Of a stretch of 64,000 nucleotides of DNA, positions 1 to 15,149 are shown one piece after another. Source of the DNA: the human T2T-CHM13v2.0 reference genome, Homo sapiens; NCBI RefSeq assembly GCF_009914755.1, contig NC_060938.1; one strand, 5' to 3'. The notes under the pieces were generated by a model that ran no database searches, was not told where the DNA came from, and saw only the letters and a list, made by a program, of their open reading frames with translations. Numbering within the stretch: the stretch's first letter is position 1; each line of letters starts with the position of its first letter. The position numbers and the translations under genes were made by a program.

Positions 1-50
1 CTTTAAGAAAGTTTAAGAATTTGTGTTGGGCCCTGGGTTGGACAAGCTTG
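1..50. mobile_element. MER30-type hAT-Charlie terminus, cut by the window edge
   Basis: TTAAGAAAGTTTA.GAATTTGTGTTGGGCC...GGGTTGGACAAGCTTG matches the MER30 end, with an internal deletion between two GGGCC motifs. Confidence 0.75.
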
Positions 51-925
51 ATGTAAGTCTTGTTTGCTTTGACCAGTGAAATTTGTCCTTTTTAATCTCT
101 CTTTGACCTCCTGGTTTTTAGACACACTATTTGCTTATTTTGACTGATTTTTGAACTTCTTTATTTCTGCCTCGGTGTTCTTGCTCTGAAACCTTTGCTT
201 TGCTTCTTTTGCCCCAGAAACCACAAAACCTTTAATGCCACACTTGGCCTGGTTGTTACTAGGGGCTGCCTGGTATTTAATACAGTTGTGAGGGTGTGTG
301 TGTGCACATGTATGCATCTGTGTGTTCACACTTCAACTGTAGTTCAAGTAAAGATTCCAAACCTAAGTAATGACCTTGAGTCTAATGTTATTAAAGTTAT
401 AAAATTGAAATAAGCTAAGCCTTCAGAAAACTATGTTTACATTTACGTGAGTAAATATTTCATATACTTTGATTTTATTTTATTTTTGCCAGTTTAAAAC
501 TTCTTTTCTTTCATGAAACCTTCTGCAGCCTGCATGAATTGTGTTCCAGTTTCTCATAGACAGAGACTTAATTACGACTATGATGTAAAGGAGTGAGCAC
601 TTTCACGTAGCTGCATGAATATACACATAGTGCTGGTTTTAGAAGCGTCGGGCATACTTCATTTCCTCAGTAACAGCATCACTACTTTGTGTCGAGATTC
701 CCGAGTATTTTTGGGTTTATTGAGAGGAAAACTCTATTTGCTGAATTTATCAAGTAGCAAGCATTCATGTAGTGATGGTATCTATGTTCTTTCTATGCCC
801 ACCTATACCCACAAAGAGGGGATATGCTGACTGAAGTCAGGTAGCTTATGTCAACTGGCATAAACATTCTATGAATGCTACGTAAGAGACACGTGATATC
901 TAATGATGTTTTATGTGAGTTTCAA

Positions 926-945
926 TTTTTTTTTTTTTTTTTTTT
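926..945. repeat. T20 mononucleotide run
   Basis: Read directly from the sequence. Confidence 0.95.
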
Positions 946-2080
946 GGTGAGTAATGAGTACTTAATTGTTGAATTAGGCAGATCTGTAGTTCTTCCTGTC
1001 CTTCCCAGTATGTATTAGGGAACTTTGGAAGAGAAGTGTAATATATTGGTTATATGATAGTAATAAAACATGTGGAACAACTTTAAAAGAGAGATCACCC
1101 GAGAGGGTTTACTTACTTTTATGTTTTCTTTGTATTTATGTAGTTTTTTTTTCCATTGACTTAAATATTCTTTACATATTCCTTACACTGATTACCAAAG
1201 TTATGTAATGAGTTCTGGAGAGAAGCAGGAAAAATAATATTTATTAGAGTAGCCATGGAGAAGCCATGTCTTATGTTTGTATCCTTGAACATTTCTTGGA
1301 ACAGCAGGAGAAAAGTAAAAATAAAATCAGATTTTAATATAAAAAGAGTCATTTTTGAATACAAATGGAAGCTAAAAAGACATACCTCTTCCAGCGCTTA
1401 ATGGTGGTTGGCTGAGAGAGCGTCTCTGACAAATTACCAAGAACACCACAGTGGAATGTCAAATTGTAGACCATTTTTTAAAGGGAAGGGTGAGCAGCTA
1501 TTTCATGCACTATTACAGCTTTCATTAATTCAGAAGTAATAAAAATGGATTTTCTTCATTACTCTACCAATTAGTCAAATGCAGTCGTCCATTTATTTGT
1601 TTTTTAAAACATTATTTGGATTTCTTACTATAGAATGAAATCATTTCATGGCCATGAATTTTATTCATAGTGCATATATACTTATGTGCTTGATGTGGAA
1701 TTAGAAAAAAGGAAAGAACTTACATAAAACCTAGCAGTGATCATTTAAGAAATAGTAGCAGATGAAAACCTGCAATAAGACAGCTTTATTCATTCATAAG
1801 AACCCTGACAGCAGCGTTTTGTGTTTGGGTTAGTTTTGTTTTCCTCAGCACATGTGTTTAAACATGTTCACTAACCTCTGGAAGTATTTAGAGAAATGTT
1901 TGTGCAGCTTAATTCTCCATGTAAGTGATAATTTCATGGCAGCTCTTGAAATAAACATTTTTGTTTTTGAAAATATTTTGTGACTATTTCTATTACAGAA
2001 ACAAATGTTTAAAACTCAAAGTGATATTTGACCAGTAATTTGAAACCTAATTACAATTCTCTGAAAAAAAATGTGAATTC

Positions 2081-2391
<311 letters not shown>

Positions 2392-2599
2392 TCATATCGG
2401 ATTGTAGTACTGCCACCTTATATTGGTCCTGCTGTTTTCACACTGAATCTCAGTAACGTGTTGTGATAAATTGCTCCATATCTCCAATTGAGGATGCCTC
2501 TTCATCATCAATAGTGTGCATATCATGTGATATCCTACAGGGACACACCTTCCATCATCATCATGATCATTGTCATCATCCTCATTCTCATCATCCTTG

Positions 2600-2765
2600 T
2601 CACCATGAATGCAACATTTCTTGAACTTTGTCTCAGTCACCATGCTGAGAGCTTTACATACATTATCTCATTTAATTCCCCCAATAACCCTCTGAGGAAG
2701 ATATATCCCCATTTTATAGATGAGGAACTAAGTCTTTTAGAAGCTATGAACTTTGCTACTCAGTC
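2600..2765 (-). mobile_element. MIR fragment, preceded by a (CAT)n-like tract at about 2550-2600
   Basis: MIR core CCCCATTTTATAGATGAGGAA and TTATCTCATTTAAT. Confidence 0.8.
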
Positions 2766-3451
2766 ACCATCTCATTTAGATTCTTTTTAGGAAGCTAAAT
2801 TTTAGTGGTAAATAAAACATAAAAGAGTGAATACAGTGGCTTGGAAGTTCAAATACAGAATAGAATATTGATATTCTGTTGCCTAAGTGTAATACAAATT
2901 AACACAAGTTAGTTATTTACTCTAAGTAAATAATTAAACACAAATATAAAACTCCTCAAATAATGTTCATTTGCAGCTTTGGGGTCAAAACAGGTGATAA
3001 GAAAAAAAAGGAACCTGAATTAACAAATATTTTGGTACAATGTTGTGTTGCTTTTTGATGTTAGTAAGAAACTGTTTCTATGTGGATTTAGGGTCTTTCT
3101 GTAATAAAGGGAAGGAGAGGACATGTGGGTGATATTTTGAAGAATTTCTGCCTGTAGAGGAGGATGCCAAAAAGTGAGTTGGTTTATTAATATTGGTTTA
3201 AATTGAAAAACGTAAGACTAGATTTTTTGTTATTAAAACGAATTTTGAAACTATTAACCACTACTGATTTATTTCAAACTGCAAGTAATAACATTGGCAT
3301 AAAGCTGGAACAAGACAAACCACTTAATAAGCCATTAATAAATGATTAAAATGTCTTAATAAGAAGATACTGTGTTTATAAATGGTAGCGTATTAAATGC
3401 AAGTATTAACAGATAGATTACTAACAACTGTGAAATCTAAGAAAATGCTAA

Positions 3452-3811
<360 letters not shown>

Positions 3812-3825
3812 AGGGGTAGTTTTTC

Positions 3826-3920
3826 TTTCTTTTTTTTTTTTTTTAAAGAGGTGGGGTCTCACTATATTGCCCATGCTGGCCTTGGTCTCCTGGGTTCAAG
3901 TGATCCTTTTGCCTCAGCTG
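3826..3920 (-). mobile_element. Old Alu monomer fragment (FLAM/AluJ-like)
   Basis: T tract, then AGAGGTGGGGTCTCACTATATTGCCCA...TCAAGTGATCC. Confidence 0.75.
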
Positions 3921-5108
3921 CCTAACCACAATTTTAAAGTGCACATTTCCTTCTAATTCAAGATCCCTTCATCTCCTTTCTTTTGGAAAGTCATCTATCA
4001 TTTAAATGGCTGCTATCCAGTGGCTTTTCTCATAGTGGTGATTGCTGACGATTCTGAAGAAAGTGTAAAATAATTTAACGATAAAAACTATATCTTCTGA
4101 GGCTAAATAACTTGCTCCAAAAAGGAAGGCAGTTCTGAATGCAAATAAATAATGGCAAAATAAGGTTTTTTTCTGTGTTTGCTGTAATAGGCCCCATATT
4201 AGCTATCTTTCAGATTTTAAATACAGAGTAACATTTGATAAGAGGAGCTTTGCCAAGTGGAAAGAAACAGCAGATAAGGACATTAAATTGAAATAATGAG
4301 CTGCTAAAAAAGATAATGGATCAGGCTGTTCCAAAGCAAATCATGGGGGAAAAAAGAAGGGAAAAACTTTGAAACTGGGTTCTCCAGCTTTTTCAGACAG
4401 GTTATCCTTTTACCTCAGCAAAGTGCTGGCTGTGAGGGGAGGGAATGGAGTGGGTATTCCCTGTATAATTGATGCCGAGGAGGGTAGATCGCAATCCCTG
4501 CACGTACTTACTGACGTGGTGGTCCACAGCTTCCACCCAGTTTGTCCCCTTCTTCCCCTGGACAAATAATCCAAGAGACAGAGGCAGTCATTAGTGCCAT
4601 GATCGACTTTGAAGTTAGACAGAATTGGACTCCCCATTTTAATGTTTAAATTAATTTTACATTTAAAATTAATTTTTAGTATTCAACTAGAACTTAGTAG
4701 ATGATTCAATTAGGTAATGCATTGGAAAATGCTTTATAGATTCTAAAGTTCTCTGTAAGTAGCAAGTAATATGATAATTGCATGGCATGAATGATCCTGA
4801 TCCTCAGTATTAGGACTTTTATTATTGTTACAGGATAAAGAAAAATACACTGAGAAGCCATGATTTGGGAGGTCTGAGACACCATTAATTAATGGAAGAT
4901 TCAGTTTTTCGCTATCCTTCCTTGGTATACCTTAAAATCATATTCAAAGAATAAGTATTTTGCCCTTACTAAAATGCAAAATCCAAAGTGATCACATTTA
5001 CAAAAAATGCTGATCAGAATATAGACAAAATGACCGATAATATCCAAAACAATATTATCCCCAACTGGGAAAGTTTCTTCAGCGCTTTTGTTCTACATTT
5101 TGCTGCAC

Positions 5109-5109
<1 letters not shown>

Positions 5110-5135
<26 letters not shown>
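5110..5135. repeat. A26 mononucleotide run
   Basis: Read directly from the sequence. Confidence 0.95.
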
Positions 5136-5139
<4 letters not shown>

Positions 5140-5140
<1 letters not shown>

Positions 5141-5380
5141 CATTAATTAATTTAGTATTTGCTATATGCATGCTATACTCTGTGCTAAGAGTGTTTTTTG
5201 TATTCTTCATTTCTTATTCAACTCTATGGGGTAGGTGTTATAGCCACTTTATAAATGAGGATGTGAGGAACAGAGAGGTTAAGTAAATTACCAAGGTCAT
5301 ATAACTAGCAAATTTGATAGCCAGGATTGCAGTCTATGTCTCCTGAATTCCAGATCCCACATTCCTATCCAGTACACCAT
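5140..5380 (-). mobile_element. MIR
   Basis: CACTTTATAAATGAGGATGTGAGG...AGAGAGGTTAAGTAAATTACCAAGGTCATATAACTAG. Confidence 0.8.
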
Positions 5381-5642
5381 ATTTATGCAAACTGTGCGGA
5401 ACTCTCAACCTCCTGATTACTTAAGTTAAAAAAGTCCAGTGGTTACATATATGCATACAATGTGATATAAATAGAGAAAGAAATATATTAATGAAGATGT
5501 TTAAAATTCTATATGAGTAGAAAAAATTCTGAAGATTTAATAGATACATCTGTTGTAAATAGGCAGCCCATATATTCTGCCAGAGAAAGGTTATACATTT
5601 TAAAATGTGTAATTAGAGAAGCCTAAAACAATGGCAGTTTGA

Positions 5643-6076
<434 letters not shown>

Positions 6077-7539
6077 CTACCAAACATTTAAAGAAAAACT
6101 AATACCAATTCTTATCAAACTATTCAAAAAAATTGAAGTAGAGGGAGTTGATCCAAATTCATTCTAAAAGGCTAACATTACCCTGATACCAAAACCAAAG
6201 ACACAACAAAAAGCAAAAAGGCCAGTGTCACAAATTAACATACATGCAAAAATCTTTTAACAAAATACTAGCAAACTAAATTCAACAGCACATCTAAAAG
6301 TTCATTCGTAGTGATCAAGTGGGATTCATCCTTGAGATGCAAGAATGGTTCCACATATACAATTCAATAAATTTGACACATAACATTAACAGAATGAAGG
6401 CCAAAAACCATCTGATCATCTCAATAGATGAAGAAAAATCATTTGACAAAATTCAATGTTTCTTTATTATAAAAACCCTAAACAAATCAGGTATAAAAAG
6501 AATGTATCTCAACACAATAAGGACCAGAAATGACATACCCACAGCTAACATCGTACTGAATGGGGAAAAATTGAAACCTTTCTCTCTAAAAATCTGGAAC
6601 AAGGCAAGGATGCCCACTTTCACCACTTCTATTTGACATGGTACTGAAATCCTAGCCAGAGCAATTAGAGAAGAGAAAGAAATACAGGGCATCCAAATTG
6701 GAAAGAATGAAGTCAGATTGTTCTTGTTTGCAGATGACATGATCTTGTATATAGAAAACTCTACAGACGCCATTTAAAAATAGCTGTTGGGACTAAAAAA
6801 CAAATTTAGTAAAATTGCAGGATATAAAATCAATATACAAAAAATTAGTGGTGGTTCTATAGACCAAGTGCAAACTATCTGAAAAAGAAAGAAATCAATC
6901 ACGTTTACAATAGATAAAAAAAATCTAGGAATAAATATAACTAAGGAAGTGAAAGACTTCTACCATGAAAACTATAAAACATTGATGAAATAAATTGAAG
7001 AGGACACTAACAAATGGAAAGATATCTCATGTTAATGGATTGGAAGAATTAATATTATTAAAATGGCCATACTACTCAAAGCAATCTACAGAATCAGTGC
7101 AATACCTATAGAAATACCAATGAGATTCTTTATAGAAATAGAAAAAGCAATCCTAAAATTTGCAAGGAACCACATAAAGTCCCTGAATAGCTAAAGAATC
7201 TTGAGAAAAAAGAACAAAGCTGCAGGCATTATACTACCTAACTTTAAAATATACTACAAAAGAGTAGTAACCAAACACCGTGGTAACTGCATGAAAACAG
7301 ACACATAGACCAATGAAAGAGAATAGAGAAGCTAGAAATGAATCCATGCTTTTATAACCAACTGATTTTTGACAAAGATGTCAAGAATACACATTAGGAA
7401 AAGGACAATCTCTTCAGGAAATGGTACTAGGAAAACTGGATATCTACATGTGGAAGAATAAAACTAGACGGTTCTCTCTCACCACTTACAAAAATTAACT
7501 CAAAATGGATTAAAGACTTACACGTAAGAACCCAAATTA

Positions 7540-7750
<211 letters not shown>

Positions 7751-8006
7751 AAGAACCCAAATTATGAAACTGCTATGAGAAAGCGTAGGGGAAACACTTC
7801 ATGACATTGGCCTGAACAAGGATTTTTTTGAATAAGACCTCAAAAAGCACAGGCAACAAAAGCAAAAATAGACAAATGGGATTACATTAAACTAAAAAGC
7901 TTCTGCACAGTGAAGGAAACAATCGACAGAGTGAAGAGACAACCTACAAAATGGGAGAAGATATTCACTACTATGCATCTGACAAAGGGCTAATATCCAG
8001 AAGATA

Positions 8007-8427
8007 CAGTTGAACCTTGAAAAACATGGATTTGAACTGCACAGGCCCACTTACATGAGGATTTACTACCACCCCTGAGACAGCAAGACCAACCCCTCCT
8101 CTTTCTCTTCCTCCTCAGCCTACTCAATGAAAAGATGATAATGACCTTTATCATGATCCACTTCCACTTAATGAATAGTAAATATATTTTCTTGTTCTTA
8201 GGATATTCTTAATAATGTTTTCTCTTGCTTACTTTATTATAAGAATATATAATGCAACATATAATTTACAAAGTATGTGGAAATCAACTGTTTATGTTAT
8301 TGGCAAGGCTTCTCATCAACTTGGGCTATTAGTAGTTAAGTCTTTGGAGAGTCAGAAGTTATACACAGATTTTCAACTTTGTCGGGGGTTGGTGCCCCCA
8401 ACCCCAGCATTGTTCAAGGTTCAACTG
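8007..8427 (+). mobile_element. Tigger2a/MER28-type non-autonomous TcMar-Tigger transposon
   Basis: TIRs CAGTTGAACCTTGAA...TTCAAGGTTCAACTG; TA TSD at 8005-8006 and 8428-8429; L1 sequence resumes across the insertion. Confidence 0.9.
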
Positions 8428-9569
8428 TATAAAGAACTCAACTCAATAGAAAAAAAATCTGATTAAAGAATGGGCAAGACATCTGAATAGCTATTTCCTA
8501 AAAGAAGACATACAAATGGCTAACAGGTACATGAATAAATGTTCGATGTCACTAATCATCAGGGAAATGCACATCAAAACCATAATGAGTCATCATCTTA
8601 GCCTGGTTTTAATGGCTATTATCAAAAAGACAAAAAATAACAAATACTGGCAAGGATGTAGAGAAAGGGGAGCTCTTATACACTGTTGGTGGGAACAGTA
8701 CAGCCATTATGGACAACAGCATGTGGGGGGGGGGTCCTAAAAAATAAAAAACGGTAGTATCATATGATCCAACAATTCTAGTTCTGGATATATATCAAAA
8801 GTAAATGAAATTAATATGTTGAGGAGATATCATTGTGTATCATTGCAATAGTATTACATTGTGAGAGTGTGTGTGTGTCATTGTGACAACATGGATGAAC
8901 CTAAAGGACATTATATTATGCAAAGTAAGCTAAGCACAGAGAGACAAATACTGCATTTCTCACTAGTGTGGAATCTAAGAAAGTTGACCTCATAAAAGTA
9001 GAGAGTAGAATAGTGGTTACCAGAGACAGGGAGACTAGAGGGGCAGGGGATGGGGAGAGGTTGGTCAGGGGTGCAGAGTGAGAGTTAGGAGGAATAAGTT
9101 CTGGTGTTCTGTTGCACAGTAGGATGACTACAGTCAATAATAATGTATTTTGTTCTTCAAAATAGCTAGAAGAGAGGATTTTGGATGTTCTCACCACAAA
9201 GAAATAACAAGTGTTTGAGGTCATGGATATGCTAATTACCCTGACTTTATCATTAACTAATGTGTGTATATATTGGAAATCACACTATACCTTAAAAATA
9301 TCTATTATTATGTGTCAATTAAAAATAAAACATTAAAAAACTTCCTAATGTACCTGTCATATAATGTAAATGTATATAAAATGTTTTGATTTGAACTATT
9401 AGTATTAAAATTCTGAAGGTGATATAGGTTGGTGTCTTATGTCGAAATTTAACTATATCAATGATTTCATCAGTTTTGTACTTGGAATATAATTATGAAT
9501 TACTTGTTTTCTAAATCCAGTAATAAAGTTTAATAATAGTACATTTCCACACTTTAAATCATATTACTT

Positions 9570-10370
9570 TGCATAACTAATATGCTTGTGCAACAACATT
9601 TATTATCTAACACAATCTCTGAGGGGCAGGAATCTTGGAGTGCTTGCCTGGGTGGTTCTGGTTCAAAGTCTGTCATGAGGTTGGAGTCAAACGCTGGGGC
9701 CAGGGAAGCCACTACTTTCTTTCTTTTTTTTTTTTTTAAACTTATTTTGAGCTCTGGGGTACCTGTGCAGGGTGTGCAGGTTTGTTACATAGGTAAACGT
9801 GTGCCATGGTGGTTTGCTGCACAGATCAACCCATCACCTAGGTATTAAGCCCAGCATCCACTAGCTATTCTTCCTGATGCTCTCCCTCTTCGTTGACAGG
9901 CCTCAGTGTGTGTTGTACCCTCCATGTGTCCATGTGTTCTCAGTGTTCAGCTTCCACTTAAAAGTGAGAACATGCAGTGTTTGTTTTTTTGTTCCTGCGT
10001 TAGTTTGCTGAGGATAACAAAAGCCACTGCTTTCTAAAATGGCTCAACACATGTGGTTGTGGACAGGCCTTAGTTCCTTGTGGCTGTCCTGGTAGTCTCA
10101 GTCCCTCACCTCCTAGGCCACACCAGAGGCTGCCTGAGTGTCCTCAGAATGGCAGTTTACTCACATCAGAGTACAGTGGTGAGAGAGAGAAAACCCAAAC
10201 CAGAAGCTGTAGTCTCTTAGAACCTAACCTTAAAAATGTCAGACCACATTCTGTTGGACTTAGAAACCAACCCTGGTGCGGTGTGGGTGGGGAGTGGGGA
10301 GTACATGAGGGTGCCAAGTACTAGGAGGTGTGGATTATTGCGAACTGTCCTAGGGACTGATTGTCACAAG
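9570..10370 (-). mobile_element. Old MaLR solo LTR (MLT1-type), split by an L1PA fragment
   Basis: AACAACATTTATTATCT...GGCAGGAATC...GGGTGGTTCTGG...TCATGAGGTTG pattern typical of antisense MLT1. Confidence 0.65.
9721..10020 (-). mobile_element. L1PA (older primate, about L1PA13-16) 3' end, 300 bp
   Basis: Poly-T, then GGTTTGTTACATAGGTAAACGTGTGCCATGGTGGTTTGCTGCAC; 15-bp TSD AAGCCACT(A/G)CTTTCT at 9706-9720 and 10021-10035. Confidence 0.93.
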
Positions 10371-11477
10371 AAGTATTTCATTAGGAAAAAATGTACTAAT
10401 AATATGCCAAAGTTTTCATGAGGAAATACTGCCCATATTGTGACATAAATATTGCATTTTATATAAAAAGGTCTGGACCAAATCCTCTTTCTGCATTGCA
10501 CATGGATAGGATTGGTGATTTTGTTAGATTGAGTTTGTAGGTTTAGATGGCATTTAGTATATCAGACTGAAAAACAGTTCTTAGGATAGAATAACTAGAA
10601 GTACTAGATTAGAATGTCCACTGTGCCACTTCTGAATCTCAGCTTTCTTATCTGTAAAATAAGACTAACGTCAGCCTTGTAGACTTTGTAAAAATCCTGG
10701 CCTGCTAATGGAAAGTAAATGATAGGTCGTGGAATTAGTTCATGAATAGTAGACAAATAAATGTTTACTTCTCAGAAACACTTTTTTGAAAAGGTACACT
10801 AAAAATAATTTTTAGTACTCTGCTATAATTCAGAAAAGAATGTCACATAGGATTGCCTTTTCTAACTTAATAAGTGAAAAGAAAACCACATTACTAATTA
10901 CTGAAAACAATATGAAGCTAATGAGAAGAGCAAAGACTCGCTAGCTTCCAGGTTGAATATGGAACTAAAAACTTTTTAAAGGGCATTTGCAATAGTAGGG
11001 GCTAAAATTCTAAAACACATTGAGATATCTGGATATTAAGGAAAATGATTTTATAAACCTCTAGAGCAAATTTCAAAACGTAGGATAAAAGGAATCAAAT
11101 GTATTAATGGAAAAGCAACTGAACTTAATTTCGATTCTTTTCTATCATTTTTTCCTAGGCTAGAGATAGACTAAATTCATATCTGAAAATTCTCAATTTT
11201 TGAGAAAAGACAAAATGTTTGTCGTTACAGTTTTGTTGTTGCTGCCCTTAGTTGCTTTCATTACCCTCAAATTCTGTAACTTGATTAATTTTCCAACTCA
11301 GAGACCTAACATAATATGTCCCTTTTGATTCTTGCACAGTTCCATGGTTTTCTCTTACCTTTCTCAAAGAAGTGGCTTTCCTTCTACTTTTTATTGCTAA
11401 TTAAAAAATACATTCAGAAAAATGCACACAACACACAAATATAGTTTAAAAGTAATTATTAAAAATAATTACCCTAC

Positions 11478-11921
11478 TGTATTCATTTCTTGGGGATGTT
11501 GTAATGAAGTGCTGCAAACTGGGTGGCTTAAACAGTGCAGCCTTACGTCTTTTCATTCTGGAGGCTAGAATTCTGAGATCAAGGTGTCGGGATCATTAAT
11601 CCCTTCTGAATGCTGTAAGGGGGAAACTGTTCCATGCCTCCCTCTTACCTTCTTCTGGAGGTTTGCTGGCAATCTCTAGCACTCCTTGGCTTCTTGATGC
11701 CTCATCCCAATATCTGCCTTCATCTTCACATGGTGTTTTTCCTGTGTGTGTGTGTCTGTAACACATTTTTCATTTGTGTAAGAACACTGGCCATACTGGA
11801 ATAGAACCCACCTTAATGACCTTCTTTTAACGGCATTTGCAAAACCCCTATTTCTAAGTAGGGACTGGGGGTTAGAACTTCAACATACCTTTTTTGGGAG
11901 AGCACAGTCCAACCCATGACA
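11478..11921 (-). mobile_element. MLT1B/C-type solo LTR
   Basis: TG...CA termini; AAACTGGGTGGCTTAAAC and CTGGAGGCTAGAA motifs; perfect 5-bp TSD CCTAC at 11473-11477 and 11922-11926. Confidence 0.9.
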
Positions 11922-12019
11922 CCTACCCAGGGTGTTATTACCATTTCAGAAATGACCACCTGGAAGTATGGCACTCTCTCTTCTCTGTGGCAATTAAGAT
12001 TGGACTTTAGTGAAAATGA

Positions 12020-12376
<357 letters not shown>

Positions 12377-12875
12377 TAAAATAAAGATAGTTTTTAAGGC
12401 ATCTTTTAATGAAATGGATAAGCTTTGAAAAGCAGGACTGTAAATTATAAGTCATTTATAATGTTATCTTCAATTCCCTGAGACAACCTTTATTAAAAAT
12501 GCCTACTTTCATAAGTGAAAATAAATAACTTTAAAATAATACTGATAGCTTTCAGCAGGCATAATAGTAGAAGTGATGTTTTGTGAGCTCCATTTTGGAT
12601 CACATTTTAATTTTTTTATGCTTAGATACTACCTCCTCAGTTGAGGACTAATATCCATATATAGTATACTTTTCCAGAATGTGTTTTATTTCTGCAATGT
12701 ATTCATATTGTAACAAAATCCATAATCATGGTCTCCAAACGGTTTATTACTAAGAGCTCAAATTAGCATGTTCCTTCTACATCCATTTTGAAATATTTTA
12801 ATCTGGTAAACAGCATTTATTAAGATAGGTTAAAGTCTTGTCATTCTTTATTGAGAAGTGACAGATATCTATTAA

Positions 12876-13191
<316 letters not shown>

Positions 13192-14487
13192 ATCAGTGGG
13201 ACTCTTGATCAGCCTGAGTTATCCTGTGTAGTAAAACATTGCCGGTACAATACTCGTTAAAAGCAAAGAAACTTGATGTTTTAGTGACCCTGTTAAGCCT
13301 TATTAAGGAATGAATGTAAGATTTAGTTTAAAAAATATTGAAAATAATTCATGTCTGTTCTATCTTTGAAGATTCATAAAATCAAGTTTGCTCAATATAA
13401 AATACACACACATGCACATGCACACACAACTTTTGCCAAATTCTGCAGCATAAAAGACTAGTTAAACTAAATTCCTTGAAATCACATTTTTGTTTTAATT
13501 AAAGTCTTCAGTGCTGTAAGTACAGATGGTTGCCAAATTTAAAATGACCCATGCTGAATCCAGCAGGTTGCCCCTGCTCACCCATTGCTCTCCCTCTTAT
13601 TAAAATCTTTGCTTTGTCTGCTGTGGAACCTACTGTAGGAGGGGGGAAAAGAGAAACACTTTGTCACAGAGTAGATCCTTCATATTTCTTTGTTGAACAA
13701 AATACATTTTGTTAGAAGAGTCATCAAGAACCGGGAGTTCAGGAACTGGAAATGGATAGAAGTGATAGAAGGATTGGAATAGGATAGTTTACCCTCAGAT
13801 TCCATTCATTTCAGGATTACTCACAAAAAAGCACCCTCTCTCACACACACAATGGACAACCGCTACTGTACCTGAAATACTCAGCTCATTTTAATGGTTA
13901 GCACATATGCTGTTTTTACAAGGTAGATACTGCTGGAAGGCATTCTTGCAGATTAGTTTGGTCACATTGCCTTCTTTCTTATATCTGAGGTAAAGAGAGT
14001 TTTGCATTGACTGTTAGGGTGGGGAAAATGATTTTGGTGGTGGTGGGGCTTTGTCATCTAGAGAATGGGAATGGTGATTAAGATTTGAATAAAGGCACTT
14101 TCAGCTTAGTATCTAAGAAAGAGAAGACTCTACATAAAAGAGACATTCTAAGCACACATTCATCTGTTTGGAGATTTTGCCTTGAGCTAACACCAAGCCC
14201 AAACAAGGAGTGGGGTAGTATGGGGTTTTTGTCTCTTATTAATTTTTTTAAAATTTCCTTTTCACTGACTTAGTCTTTATTCTGGGAATACATGGTCCAT
14301 TATTCTGCCATGTTAAGGTTAAACAGGCATCTGGGGCTGATCAGACACCTAACTACAATCTAAAAAGTCGTTTGTTTGAAAACAGTGTTCCAAGTTTCAT
14401 CTAAAAATGTACTTTCAGAATTTTGTTAGTAAGTTTGGAATTGCTTGTAAATGCAATTCTGTTTATAGTTCTATGAGTATATTTTGA

Positions 14488-14789
14488 TTTTTTTTTTTTT
14501 TTTTTTAAGACAGAGTTTTGCTCTGTTGCCCAGGGTGGAATGCAATGATGCTATCTTGGCTCACTGCAACCTCCCCTTCCCGAGTTCAAACAGTTCTCCA
14601 GCCTCAGCCTCCTGAGTAGCTGGGATTACAGGTGCATGCTACCACGCCCGGATAATTTTTTGTATTTTTAATAGAGATGGGGTTTAGCCATGTTGGCCAG
14701 GCTGGTCTCAAACTCCTGAGCTCAAGTGATCTGCCTGCCACGGCCTCCCAGAGTGCTGGGATTACAGGTGTAAGCCACCATGCCTGGCC
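14488..14789 (-). mobile_element. AluS
   Basis: Antisense dimer; TSD ATATTTTGA. Confidence 0.95.
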
Positions 14790-15149
14790 ATATTTTGAAT
14801 TTTGAATGTCATTTCTATCACAAGGAAGCCTAGTTTAAGTAACTATTTCAAGGGCTGACATCTGAAATAGGCCATAAGGCATAACTTTAGTGAATATATT
14901 TTCATTTTCTGTATAAAACTATATTTTCTAGAAACGATTTGAAGTCAAGAACTGTATTAAATGGATTTCTGTTCCTTTGATATATAGGATATTGCCTTGC
15001 ACACAGTAAGTGGTCAGTTAATAATGAGGAATTAGTACATGAATGGCTCTACAGAGTGTAGAAAGAGAACCTTCCAGAGGTCATTTACATGAGGAGAACT
15101 GTGAGTTTGATTACTGTCATCTAAGTGACAAAAGAAGTTATTCTTTATT

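Noticed and set aside
1201-1727. Two D-box (TTATGTAA) matches near an E-box, suggesting a circadian enhancer
   Set aside because: The same A/T-rich 8-mer recurs elsewhere in the window (about 35499 and 54742), so enrichment is not demonstrated.
5110-5135. A26 as the tail of a processed pseudogene or a solo poly-A retroinsertion
   Set aside because: No TSD, no upstream polyadenylation signal at the right distance and no recognisable mRNA body. It abuts the tail end of an antisense MIR.
6319-6636. 105-aa ORF resembling a reverse transcriptase
   Set aside because: It is a frameshifted fragment of L1 ORF2 inside a dead L1MA, with no intact reading frame.
10798-10816. Near-perfect palindrome ACTAAAAAT-A-ATTTTTAGT (similar A/T palindromes at about 4650-4678 and 61011-61040)
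   Set aside because: Low-complexity A/T palindromes are expected by chance at this base composition.
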